Shown: positions 10,412 to 22,400 of the stretch, piece after piece | How positions within the stretch are numbered: the first letter of the stretch is position 1 | Layout of the letters: each line of letters opens with the position of its first letter | From: Prasinococcaceae sp. CCMP 1430 | Lineage: Eukaryota > Plantae > Prasinodermophyta | Length of the DNA: 64,000 bases | Direction of reading: 5' to 3' | NCBI GenBank assembly: GCA_013416795.1 | Contig: RQSC01001240.1 | Location: forward strand, 7,356 to 71,355 | Program-made: the position numbers and the translations under genes | The notes under the pieces: generated by a model | What the model saw: only the letters and a program-made list of their open reading frames with translations | What the model was told of the DNA's origin: nothing | Databases searched by the model: none

Positions 10412-13400
10412 TCACGGCGAGCCGTCCAGCACGACGAAGCTCCTGTCGTCCTCCTTGACCACAGTGTCCACTTTGGCGAACGCTCCTTCAAGCGCGCTGT
10501 TGGCTTGACACACGACGAGCACTGTGCCATAGCTCAGCCTACGGAAGAGGCGCGCGGCGGCGTGCATGCCGTCTTCGTCAAGGTGAGCGAGGGCCTCGTC
10601 GAGAACGAGGAGCTCAACGCGGCATGCTGCGCTCTCGGCGGCGAGCTCGCCGTACGCCAGCGCGAGCGCGAGCGCAACACGACGGCGCTCCCCGCCGCTG
10701 CACTGCTTGAGCGAGCGCGTCACCATCTCACCACTCTTTGAGCGTATGCGGATCTCCCTTCCGACGCGCTGCAGCGCGCCGCCCCTGGCGCTCTTGGACT
10801 GCGTCGTCGCGCTCAGCGCGAGCGTGATGCCGCCACCGCTAAGCTCGCGCAGCAGCTCGCAGCTGCGCGCGGTGAGAGACGAGAGTGCCTCATCGAGGAC
10901 AAACGACTGCACACCGCGCCGCCCAAACGCGACGTCGAGCTCTTTGCTGACCGCCTCCTCCTCCGCCAATGCCAATTCCGCCTTTTCCGTGCGTGCCAGT
11001 GCGTCCGCCTCGGACTTCGCGAGCGCACGGAGGCGTGCTTGCTCGGAGAGATGCGGGTTTGGAGTCAGCTCGCGAGCGCGCGCGTCCGCCTCTGCGGCCG
11101 CCCGCGCGTGCTCCGCGCGCGCAGCGCTGTCGACGCTCGTGGAAGCGCTGGCACACGCGCGATCAAGTGCGGTTGCGTACGCGCGCATGTTGGCCGGAAG
11201 TGCGCTCGAATCGACGGAGAGGGTCGCGTCGCCTGCCCTGGTTGTGTCATGACTGCGACAGCGTGCAGACGCGAGCATGGGTCAGCTGCTCTGTGCAAGC
11301 GAGCGAAGAGCAAGGCGGACTGCGCGGCGCGCATCCACGGGCACGCATGCGCGCCGCGGCCCGACCGCACGCACAGGATGTCGGCTGTCGATGCAGAATG
11401 GTCGAGTGCCCTCCCGATGGTGGACATCATCGAGTCCGCTCTGCGCAGCGCCGATTGCAAGGCGTCTCGCGCGGCTGCTTGCTCGGCGCCACGCGTCGCC
11501 TCTTCGCGCAAATCCTCGAGTTCTCGCCTGCGTGCATCCTCTAATGCTCGCGCTCGAGCGTCTGCGTCCGCACGCAGCGCGGCTGCTTCCTCCGCGAGCG
11601 CTGTCGCACGCGCTGCCACGCTTGCTACAGCAGCTTCAAGTTCGAGCCTTCCCGCGGTGAGCACTGCGGCATCCACGGGCTGAAGGCATCTGTCACACGT
11701 TGCCACGCTGTCTGCGCCACCCATTGCGTGGTCGAGACGATGGGCGAGCGCGCCCTGCTCGGCGACTGCCGCCGTTGCACGCGCCTCAGCGTCGGCGGCA
11801 ATATCTCGCGCGTGCGCGGCGTCAGCCTCGAGCGAACTGAGATGCGCATCTGAGGCGGATTGCGCGCCACCTTCGGCGCCCGCTCCCGTGCACGTGTTGT
11901 CACTGGCCTCGCAAAGAGTGGCTGCCTCGCCCATGATGCGATGGAGGCTCAGTCGCGCCTGCAGCAGCTCAGTGCACGTGCGCTGTGCCTCGACTTCGAG
12001 CTCGTTGGTGCGAGCCTGAGCGGCTGCGACCTCTTCTGCGCTTGCAGCGTCCCACGCGGCGGCGCGGGCGGCGCACGCGTCCGCCTCATCAGCGAGGCGT
12101 GCGACGAATTCAGCGAGTTTCGCGGACTCGGCAGCGGTGGCTACGCGAGATTCGCGCGCGCTCTTGAGCCTCGAGGACGCCTCCTCCGAAGCTGCCTCCC
12201 ACACGTCCATCGGCACTACCCGCATCATCGCACGCTTCATCTCCGTATCTGTCGAGTCGATCATGCAACCGACTGAGATAGTGTGCTGCCCATGGAAAGC
12301 GACGCTCGAGAGCAGGTCTGCAGGCAGCAATGCGCTGTCGATGGCCTCCTGCGTGAGCGCCATCTCCTGCGTCGTCATGTCGCGACCGCCGAGTGTGAAT
12401 GTGAGCGCCTTCTTTCCGCCCCGGCTCCTCGAGGTGATACGCTCGACAGTGAACGGCGTTCCATTGACAGCGCCCTGGAGGAGCACGCGTGCGCTCGTGC
12501 AGTTCTCATTAATCACATCAGCGCCGCTGAGTCCACGCATGGAGGATCCCTCCGGCCGTGGATCGGTTTCCCCGGAAAGTGCCCACAGCGGCGCCATCAC
12601 CAGCGAGGTCTTTCCGGCTGCAGAATTGCGATGCACGCGCGTCAGCCAATGCGTGCGCGGATACGCGTGCTGCGCGCGTGTAGGGGTGGCTCGTGCGCGC
12701 AATGCGCACTCGTACCGCCGTTCGATGACGATGACGTCAGCCCCCCCGCCTGCACTCCGGCTTCTCCGTCCCTGTTGCTGCCAGTCACCATACGCACTCC
12801 TCGATTTTCTAGTGGGTAAGTCACCTCGTTTGCAAACGGACCAAAGCCCTCTACGGTCACACTCGAGAACCTCACGTGCGTCGGAGGGCGCTCAGCCTCC
12901 CCCACGCCTTCCTGTGCGAGTGACTCGAGCAGCGCGAGGCCTTCTGAAAGCGCGTTCGGCGAGAGCGACATTTTTGTGTCGCTATTGCACTCAGCATAGG
13001 CGCGCAGCAGCGCGGTCGGTGCCATACGAGCCGCTCCCTCTATCCGTTCGGCGCGCGTCTCCGGTTTGCGCACGACGTCAACTGCCACCCCTGCCGCGCG
13101 CAACGCATCTACCATCTCCTGCGTAGCATCAGACTCAGCGACGCTCAAAGATCCCTCGCTTTCAAGCGTCATCCGCACGCGGTCGCCCTCGCGCGGAGCG
13201 CGCGGAGTGGCATGCACGCTGCGCCCTTCGCGCAGAGCGGTCGCGTGCGTTGCGCGACCGACCACTCCAAGCACGGCCTCGCTCGATGTGGCGCAGTCAG
13301 CGCCGTCGCGGTCTGTCACGGCACAATCGTCCAGCGCTGCCAGCGCGTCGCGCGCTTCCACGCTGAAATGCCGCGGGCCGATATCGAGCGGCAGCTCACC

Positions 13401-14690
13401 CACCCGCCTCCACTCAACCCCGCCATTTGTGCCGCTCGAGTCACCGGCCGCCCCTGGCTCCGGCCAAATCGATTCGAAGAGCAGCATGCGCTTGTCCTGG
13501 CCCTCCTCTGCGAAGGTGAGCTGGTATGGAGAGCCGATGTACTCAATGCGGGGGTGCGCGCCGCCAGGGTCGGCATCGATGGCCTGTGGCTTGTGATAGT
13601 GGCCGGAGTACACGCCGCGCACGTGACCTCCTGCCGCACCGAAAGCCGACGGCGCGAGGCCCAGCGCGCTCTGATGCGACTCGTTCACCGCGGCGCCGAT
13701 CACGTCGGCGTGGCAGAAGACCGCGGTCGGACCTCGCTCGCCGAGGGACTGCGTCCTGGCCGCAGCTTGCAGGGCGGCGACGATGTCCGAGTGACGCCGG
13801 CGGTATGGGAGAAAGACTGAGCCGAGCGCGGCGGTTGGCTCGTCTATGACACGGACCAATCCCGGAGGCGCCGCAGCGGCCAGCGCGTCGAGCGAGTGCA
13901 GGCGTCCGTCGAGCGATACCATGTCATGATTGCCGGCGAGGATGATGGTGGGCACCTCCCACTGCGCGAAGAGTCTCACGGCGTCTGCGAGGGGCGCGAC
14001 GGGGATGGCGCCCCGGGCGTGCCAGAAGTCTCCCTGTAAGTCGAGAGTCGAGGGCGCGGGAGCGGTCGTGGGTGCGTGCAGCGCGCGGGTGGTCTCGCGC
14101 GTCAGACGCGTCCCAGCCACGCGGAAGCGCCGGCGGCGGCGCGGAGGCGCCTGAGGCGCTGCGCCACGCACCAGGAGAAGAACCCCACCGCCTCTTGCGC
14201 GCGCGTGCTCGTGCGCGGCGCGCAGGCTCGCGCACGCGAGCGAGCGCGTGCGCGCACACATGTGCACGTCCGAGAGGGCCACCCACTCGCGCACGCGCGC
14301 AAAGCGCGCATCCGCCTCCAGCTCGTGCGTCGGAAGCGAGTCCGCTGCAGCCGCCGCGCCGTCCGCGGCGAACGTCCTGCGCCTCCGACGCGCGCGCAGG
14401 CCCGAGGCCCGTGTGCGCGAGGGAGGACGAGCGCGCGAGCGCGCGCGAGCTGGCGTGCCGCGGCAAGCGCCATGCTGCGCACGCGCACGAGCGCGCGCGC
14501 ACGGGCGCACAGGCGCGCGCCCTGCACCCAGAGTGGTCGCGCTCGTTGCGAGCCCGCCGTTTTGCGTGTTTCGCGCGCGCGCGGCCGAGTCGTCCGGCCC
14601 GCCCGGCGCGTCGCCACATTTCTCGCGCGCGGCGCGCAGGGGCCACGTGCTGGGCCCTCGCGCGTGGGGCACTCGTGCTGTTGCCTCCAT
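10412..14690 (-). CDS. Mre11/SbcD nuclease fused to Rad50/SbcC ATPase in one polypeptide; at least 3 introns (14171-14034, 12715-12618, 11374-11253)
   Basis: Phosphoesterase motifs SDVH, GDFWH, GNHD, FCHAD, GHYH. The same frame continues into VRFSSVTVEGFGPF. Walker A SNG|AGKTSL is rebuilt across a GT-AG intron. Also coiled coil with zinc hook CDRC, signature CSGGE, Walker B LVLDE and AHLD. ATG at 14690 is tentative. Confidence 0.9.
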
Positions 14691-14760
14691 TCGCGGTCCC
14701 ACTGCGCGGGCAGCGCCCGCGGGGGTGGGCGCGGCGGCCACCGTGCCCCTTCGCGAGGCC

Positions 14761-16089
14761 ATGTTCTCGTGCTGCCTCCCATTTGCGGGCTTCGGCGGCG
14801 CCGCCGCGGACGAGCCCCCTTCTGAGGAGCAGCTTCTGATCGACGCGGCGGAGGCACGCGTGGCGCGGAAGATCGCGGAGGAAGCGCGCGCCGAGGCGTC
14901 GACTGAGTGGCGCGACCGTGCACGCGCGGCTCTCGCACGCGCGCGCTGGCTCGTCGGCTATGAGGACGTGAGCGCAGACGAGGACAGCGACGAAGACGCA
15001 GACGCGGAGAGCAAACACGCACACCCGCCACCGAGCGATAGCGGAGTAGCTGGTGGCGCGCACGCCCAAAGAGCCGAGCCAGAGCACACGCACGCAGCGT
15101 GGCAGTGGCATGCATGCGAGCCCGACGCACGCGGCGACGACCAGCTCGCTCTTGCGTGCGCAGGCGCGCCCGATGCGTGCACGCGCAAGCACTTGGCTCT
15201 TGCGTGCGTCCTCGCGCACCCCGACACAAGCGCCCGCGCACGAGCGCGCGCAGCATGCGTGGACACGCACACGCGCGTGGCGGCGTACCGTGCCATGCGT
15301 GAGACGTTCGTGCGCACGCATGGCCTCGGCGAGCTACGCGTTCATGCAGACCCTCCGTCAACCAAATTCTGGTACGCTCTCGTGCGCGCAAACACTCGTG
15401 CGGCTTTGCGAGTACATCTGGACTAACGCATGCGCGCTCGGCGCGTACGCAGGACGTCGCGAGCCTCGACAGTCTTTGCTCGGCCCCACACGTGTGCGGG
15501 TGGTGAGAGCTGGCAGGGCGTCGCGCTCGCGTACGGGAGCACAGGTGGGTACTAGCAGATGGGCTGCCCATTTGCGTCATGCGCGCAGCGTGCGCATCTG
15601 CCTGCTGGACGTTGATGGCACTAGACTCAGCTGACACGCTCATTTTCGTACCCAGCCGAGGCGGTGGCGTCGGCGAGTCGCCTCACGTCGCATGAGCGCA
15701 CGTTGGCGTCCCCACGGACGACGCTACTCGTGCCTCCAGCGCGCAGGAACGCAAACCTGGCGCGCGCGCGCGCAGTTCTCGCGCGTGATCCCGAGAGCGG
15801 ACGGCTGCTCTGCCTCTACGACAACGACAGCAGCGACGCGCGCGAGAGTTTTGCTCGAGCGGCGAAGACTCGGAGGGCCTCCGCTCGCGCGGCGGTGTTA
15901 CATGCGGCGCGAGTCGACGATGCCTTTGTCGGCAGCGCTGCTGTGTCCGCGTGCGAGTATTACCTCGGCGCCGCGTCGGGCGACGCCGTGAATGCGCGCA
16001 AGCTCATGAGCGAAGACAGACGCTGGGAGGAGAGCCACGCGCGCGCACGCGAGCACCTGGGCTCAGCTGTGCTCTTGCCGCTCTCTTAA
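14761..16089 (+). CDS. Multi-exon gene of unknown function (starts MFSCC)
   Basis: ATG 14761 opens codon-biased MFSCCLPF...EEQLLIDAAE...DEDSDEDAD. Later coding-like segments YRAMRETF...PPSTKF (~15255-15370) and AEAVASASRL...LLPLS* (15656-16089, after a CTGAC...CCCAG acceptor). Exon phases are not fully resolved. Confidence 0.5.
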
Positions 16090-16101
16090 GCACCCTCTTT
16101 G

Positions 16102-18276
16102 CTAGCCTCCCCACCAATGCGCAGTCCCGGCGGCAATTTCGCACCCGCTGTATACGTTGGTGCCGGCATTGTACTGCACGCACTCGTTCATGCCGCGCAG
16201 CAAAGAGCGGCTGCGGTCGCGACATGCCCCTCGCACGACTGCAGCGGCTGCGCGTGCTGTGCGGCATTCGTGGGTCCCGTCTCCAAGCTCGGCCGCACGA
16301 AGCGCCGAGTCGCCTTCGTGGTCACCGACACGTCGGAGCAAGAGTTTGGGGACCGGGTAGAACGCCATTTCCGAGGGCTTGCAACAGAGCAAGTCGCACA
16401 CGCGCGCGAGTTCATCCGTGGCCACAACAGCGCTCGTCACGTCACCAGGAGGGAACGCGATGAGGGTCACCCGCGCGTACGTGCTGGCGACTACTTCGGC
16501 ACCGTCGCCTCCTTCGGCACGCGCACGCCCACTCGCTTGCTGGATGCGCGCGCTGTCGGCGCGCATCCTCTGCGCAAGGTCACGCACGCCCTCCATAGTA
16601 TCGATGAGGTCGAGCTGCTTGTGCGCGTCGCTGAGGTCGTTTTGGGAGCCAACGAGTCCAGAAGCTACGAGCGCATCGACGAACGCTTTTTCCATGTGCG
16701 CGTGATCGCCAGCGTTGAGCACGAGTTCCACCTCGCCTGCATGCACCCCGTCTGCGAGATGCCCGATGAGGTCGGTTATGAATTGCCTTTGTGCGCCGGC
16801 GCCCCCGACGGGAAGCAGCAAGCGCAGCGGTGCACACGCGTTGCAGCGCGCGAGACGCAACTCGCAGTCGGTGTATAGGTTGACGACCATGTCTCTCGGG
16901 ACCCAATGGCCGGCCAGTGAGATGCTCTCGGGCGGCACTCCCATGCGTAGCAGCTGGTGGTACGTCGCTGGCCCTTGCACCAGGTTGAGCGCGCCCGGCA
17001 CCACCACGAACCACTGTGCGTGGTTGTCGATCACGAGATTGATGACTTTGGAAAAACCTGCGGCGACGGCCGCGAGGCCAACCAGGCAGTGCGTCGCCAC
17101 TACGGGCAGATCCCGGGGCACGCCGTCCAGCAGCGGTGTGAGGTGCGCCGCTGCGATTAGTGCGGCGACGCGCAGCGCGTCAGGGTTGGCCGAACCCGCC
17201 CCATCATCGCCATCGCTGCCATAACTGCCAGCCGTCAGGGTTCCCCACATGTACTCAATCACCCCTCCCACCTCGCTCGCGACGCGCGACAAGCGCGAGT
17301 ACAGTCGCTCCCCGTCCCTCAGCACGCGCACGGCCTCGGGCTCGTCGCTGCTGCCGCGCGCTCGCCCGCGCTGGCCGGCTGCAGCTGGTTGCGCGTGCAC
17401 ATTGAAGCTGGGGCCGTCGAAAGCGGCGCTGGGGGCGAGGAAGTCAAAGATGTAGCTGCGCCTCGGACGCACCCCAGGACATTCTGCCTCGCTAGACGCA
17501 ACTCCGTTCGCATCGCTTCTGCTGTCATGGTCGCAGCACCACGATGCCAACGCCCTGGCGATGCGCAAATGGCCGTAGCCCATGCGCATTGTCCCCACGA
17601 GCACTGCCTCGCCTGGCTCGATGCCTGCGGACGCCATCGTGAGCGGACCCAGTGCTGTGAGGTGGTCTTTGGCGGCGGCGCCCGCGTCGTCGGTCTGCAG
17701 CGCGGCGAGGAGCGGCACGAGCACCGTAGAAACTTGCCACGGCGAGAGCGCCTCCGCTGCGAGGCCATTGCGACTGAGGTCGTCGCCCTCTGACGGGGCA
17801 GCCTCATCAACGCCGAGTGGCATTGCTTGACTGCATTGTTGCGGTTGTGACTGCCTGCTTCGCGCTTGCTGTTGTGGCCCACGGGGCGTGGTGATCGTTC
17901 TGAGGAGCAGAGCGCGCAGGGCGCCCAGCGCGCCGCGCGCCACGCTGCCGGTGAGGACGCGCATGACGAGCACGCACTTGCCGCGCGTGAGCGCCGATGG
18001 GCGCCGCGGGCGACCGTCCTCCTCTCCTTCTTGCCCTGGAGACCAACGCCCGCCAGGCTGGGCGCCCATGATGAAGTCGTCGATGTCAGCGGCGCGCGCA
18101 CCGAAATCCTCCAGCAGCTCGTCGTACTCGACGCTCAGTAGCAGGACCATCAGCAGCAGCGCCAGCAGCACTGCCCCAGCCACCAGGAGCGCGCCGACCG
18201 CCGCCGCTGCGACCGGCATCATCGCGACCGCCAGCGTCCTCGCGGCGCGCGCGAGGTCGCCCACGACGGCGTCCAT
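16102..18276 (-). CDS. GT-B-fold glycosyltransferase-like protein (MurG/MGDG-synthase-like) with N-terminal membrane anchor
   Basis: Hydrophobic N-terminus, MRMGYGHLRIARALAS (G.GH acceptor loop), VVATH, LLLPVGGAGAQ (GGxG nucleotide-sugar loop), DLLCCKPSEMAF (D.l.tKp motif), RRVGDHE. Confidence 0.7.
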   Translation of the reverse strand: MDAVVGDLARAARTLAVAMMPVAAAAVGALLVAGAVLLALLLMVLLLSVEYDELLEDFGARAADIDDFIMGAQPGGRWSPGQEGEEDGRPRRPSALTRGKCVLVMRVLTGSVARGALGALRALLLRTITTPRGPQQQARSRQSQPQQCSQAMPLGVDEAAPSEGDDLSRNGLAAEALSPWQVSTVLVPLLAALQTDDAGAAAKDHLTALGPLTMASAGIEPGEAVLVGTMRMGYGHLRIARALASWCCDHDSRSDANGVASSEAECPGVRPRRSYIFDFLAPSAAFDGPSFNVHAQPAAAGQRGRARGSSDEPEAVRVLRDGERLYSRLSRVASEVGGVIEYMWGTLTAGSYGSDGDDGAGSANPDALRVAALIAAAHLTPLLDGVPRDLPVVATHCLVGLAAVAAGFSKVINLVIDNHAQWFVVVPGALNLVQGPATYHQLLRMGVPPESISLAGHWVPRDMVVNLYTDCELRLARCNACAPLRLLLPVGGAGAQRQFITDLIGHLADGVHAGEVELVLNAGDHAHMEKAFVDALVASGLVGSQNDLSDAHKQLDLIDTMEGVRDLAQRMRADSARIQQASGRARAEGGDGAEVVASTYARVTLIAFPPGDVTSAVVATDELARVCDLLCCKPSEMAFYPVPKLLLRRVGDHEGDSALRAAELGDGTHECRTARAAAAVVRGACRDRSRSLLRGMNECVQYNAGTNVYSGCEIAAGTAHWWGG

Positions 18277-18558
18277 CGTCCTCTGCTTCGACGATGGAGC
18301 TCGCGCAGATGGCGCGCGTCCGGCGCGCGCCGCGTCCGGAGCGCGGCGCGCGCGCGCTCTGCCGCCTGGCGCGCCCTCGTGCGGTGCGTGCGGACACCGC
18401 ACACCCTCCGCCTGACCGCACATGCATGTGCCCCCCGTCGCCAACAGCCCACCGCCGCTGCCGCTGCCGCTGCCGATGCGCTGCACTCCGAGCTGGCGCA
18501 CTCAGCGCACTGCCTCATCGTCATGGTATCGTGTGACCATACGTCGTCTTCCCGGAGC

Positions 18559-18592
18559 GCAGCCCGGGGCAGCCCGGGGCAGCCCGGGGCAG
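18559..18592. repeat. 10-bp tandem repeat (GCAGCCCGGG) x3.4
   Basis: Read directly from sequence; lies in the intergenic region between divergent genes. Confidence 0.9.
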
Positions 18593-19498
18593 GCCTACGC
18601 AGCCCTGGCCCCTGAGGCCCCGAGTAAACCCACCCCCGCGTGAGCTGATCCGGGGGAGGGGGGGGGGCGTGGGGCACCCTGCCATTGGCCAGCGCCGCTG
18701 CGTGAGGCGCTGGGCTGCGTTCGGCGTGGCGGCGACGCCCAGCCGGTGCCCCGGCCAGCCGGTGGCGTTTGACGGCCGAGCATCTCCTTCGTACGGCGCA
18801 GTATCTTTATCGCAGAAGGCGTGGAATGTGATGGCGCCGGCCGGCGGCGTTGCTGTTGTTGTGATTGTGCGGTCGCGAGTGCGCGCCGCCGCGCATTTTT
18901 CCGCGCGCCACACAGCGCGCGGGCCGCCGCGGGGCGGCGCGGGGCGACGCGTCGTCGCGCCCTGCCCGTACGCGCGCGCTGTGGCAGGCCGAGTCGAATT
19001 TCGAACAAGCTTCAGTCAGGTCCCGGCAGGACCAACAAAAAATGGGACGTCAAGGGTTTCACCATCAAACAGGGTTTACAGTATTGTCAGTCAGCTCAAG
19101 CTCAGTCCCGTCAGCCTCTCCCGTCCGGTCATGAGTCGATCCACGGCGAAGATGATCCGGAATCCATCGGGGGTGCGCGCGGAGTCGGGGTGTGTGTCGC
19201 CTCGCTCTTCGCCGCCCCAGAAAGTCCCATTTGCGTCCGCGTCAATCAAATCGCTCGGCACGCGCGCACTCGATCGATCGATCGATCGAGCACGCCCAAA
19301 CGATCGAGCGAGCACGGCACAAACGAAGGGAGGGGCGGGGCGGCGCGCGGCCGTCGACGCGCCCCGCGGACGGTGGGGGGGGGGGCGTGCGACGCCTTCG
19401 TTCACACTCACCGCATTTTGTGGGTTGCTGCTACTCGCTTGGCGGTGCCGCCATCAGGCAGATACCACGGCCCGCCAGTGGCCGCGGCAGGCACAAAT

Positions 19499-22400
19499 AT
19501 GGACAGCGCCGTCATGGAGGAGGCTGAGGTGCTGGGCGGCGAAGGCGGCCGCGGTGGCGGTTCGAACGAGGGACTCGGAAGCGACGGTGGCGACGACGGG
19601 AGGCCCGCGCCGAGGAGCTTGCTCAAGGCACGCGCTGCGCTCTCCGATGGCGCGCTGGAGGGAGCCTTTGGCGGCGCGCGTGAGGCGCTCGGCGCAGCTG
19701 GCGGCGCCGAGGCGCTCGCCGCACGCGCGGCGGCCGCTGCGGACATGCTCCTCGACGCGGCCGAGGCGCGCGGCGCGCTCTCCAGAACGATTGCAGGCGC
19801 GGGGAGGCGGTTGCTCGGTGAGTGCGCGTGCGCCCGTGCGCCGCGACAGGCGCGCCCACATCAATAGTATTCGGCGTCGGGTGGCGCGCGCCCGGCCGGC
19901 TGGTTGAACAAAAGCGCCGTGGTGGCGCCCATGCATGTATCGTCACGCGCACTGCTGACACGCGCAACGCTCGCGCGCGCGCGCCCACAACACGCATTGC
20001 GCGAGCCAGACGCGCTGAGCGGCCTGGTAGCTGAGGTCTACGGCCGCTTCACCGCCTCGGGCATCAGCATCGAGGCGACCGCCATCTCATGGAAAAACGC
20101 CGCTCTCGAATCTAAGCTGGCTACCAGCGCAGCCACCGCCGCCGAGGCGCTCTCCGCGCGCGCGGCAGACGCATATGGCGCGCGTGCCGAGGCAGCCGCG
20201 GGCGACTTCAAGGCGCTCGTGAAACAGCGCGGCGTGTTCGCTGCCGCCGACCTCACCGCGGCCGCCTCCAAGTCACTGGAGAGCGACGAGTACGCCATCA
20301 GCGCCGACGAGGCGCGATCCAGGCTCACGGACGCCGCCACAGAGCTCGCTACCGTCGAGGGCGTCTCCGAGACGCTCGCAGGACTCAAGGAGGCTGCGAG
20401 TAGCGTAGGCATTGACGTCGAGGGCGGGTTCAAAGCCGTGAAGAGCCTCGTTGCGACTGTCAACGAGGATGTTGATGGCGAGGGCGAGAAAGACACCGAG
20501 GAGATGGATGGCCCGCCACTCAGAAAGAAGTCGTCGTCCATTGTGAACAGCATCGATGGCGTCGTCAGCAGCGCAGCGAGCGCCCTGTCATCAATGTCGC
20601 GCGACGATCTCCGCGGGCGGGCGGAGAGCTGGCTGCAGCGCCCGCTGACGCCTGCCGAAGAAGGCGTCGTTGACTCGGCACTGGCACTGTGGGACGAGCT
20701 CGCAAAGGCGCCACTGGCAGCTCGCTTTGGCAAGGCCTTCGTCGCCGCAGCGCGCAAGATGCGGCAGTACGCAAAAGAGGTGGAGGAGGCGGCTGCGAAC
20801 AAGACAGGGGGACCAGAGCTCAGTCTGCGGAGCGCTGCCAGCGGTGCCGGTGATGCCTGGGCACGCCTCGCGGACGAGCGCGCCGAGCTGTGCGAGTGTG
20901 TCCGCCTTCTTAAACCTTCTGCGCTCGCATTCGTGGACGCAATCAATGACGTCGCCTGCAACGAGTTGCTCCCGGGCCTCACCCTGCCACGCTTCGACGG
21001 CATCAGCGACTCGCCGATTGGACGCATTTGCTATCACGTGGGCTCACTCGAGTTTTCGAAGGTGAGCTTCGATCCCAAAATGGTGCGCCTCACGTTGCCT
21101 AGCTTCGGCGGCGGTGGACCCGGGTCAGAGAGTGCTTGTGGGGGCGACATCCGCAAAGCAGTACCGCACACCCCGTCGACAGCAAGCGCGGTGATGACGG
21201 CAGAGGAGGACTCGGTGGCAAAGATGGAAGGCGCCAGAGGCACTGCAACGACTGCTGCAACCTCCGGTGATGGCGCCGCGCCTGCGCGGCAGGTGACGGG
21301 AGGCGAGGCACCGACCGCAGACAGACAGTCCTTCGGCGAGCTTTTCGTCCCCGGCATAGGAGTGTGTCTCGAGGGCATTCGATGGCAGTACTCCAAGCGT
21401 GGCAACCCGTACGTGCCTCGTGACGATGGGCGCGCACGCGTGGATGTCTCTGGGCTGTCGTGTCGCATCGCATATGGCTTCAAGCTCCAAGGCACAACGC
21501 TCACGCTTTTGATTCGCTCCGTGACAGTTGAGACCGAGCGCTGCGACGTGCGGATTGGCACGGAAGGGGGGTCCAATGCGGTCATGTACAACCTGCTGAT
21601 GACCCTGATCTCCAAGCGCATGCGCGACGAAATTAGCAACCAGATCACGCTGCAGCTGGGAGGCCTCGTCGAAAGCATCTCGAACCTCATCAGGCCGTAT
21701 GCAGCGGGCGTGATCGAGGTCGCGCACACGCTCGAACAGCCACCACCAGAGCCGGTCTTCGTCTCGCCTTACCAAACGAAGCAGCTCGTCGCCGGGAAGG
21801 TCCATGTGCTCGACGACGTGGAGACAGGCCACTTCTTGAAGAGCTTGCCTGACCAGCCGCGTCTTGTATACTTTGCTCAGGCTGCGGATGGTGGCGACGC
21901 CGACACCACCCGCGGAGTGGCTCCCGAGTGGCTGTGCAAGCTGTCGGAGCGTCTCGGCGACGGCATGCTGATTGCGTACGTGCCCTTTGCAAACAAACGT
22001 GTGCGGCGGGAGCTCGGCGCGGCCTACTACGACACGCGCTCATTGCCTGAGGCGGTGCTCATGCCTCACTCCGCGCCAGGCGGCGAGCCGATGTGGGCTC
22101 GAGGAGCTGCAGATGCGGCGCCCGAGGCAATCGAGCAGCTGTGTGCTCCCTTCAGCTGGGCACCCAATCGCGTGGTTGCTATGGACAACACGACGAACGC
22201 CGACGTGCTGCTCGCGCGTCCCATGCGGCATGTGTTGGTGATAATGTTCACCTCGCAGGACCCGCCACCGAAGGCCTTCAGAGAGCTCGCTCGCCGCCAC
22301 GCCGAGCACGCCGCCGAATCAGAAGGCGCTGAGCTGGCGCCGGCGTTGTTTGCCAGCGTCCACGTGCCTACGCAGCCCGAGCTCGTCGCGCGTTTTGGCG

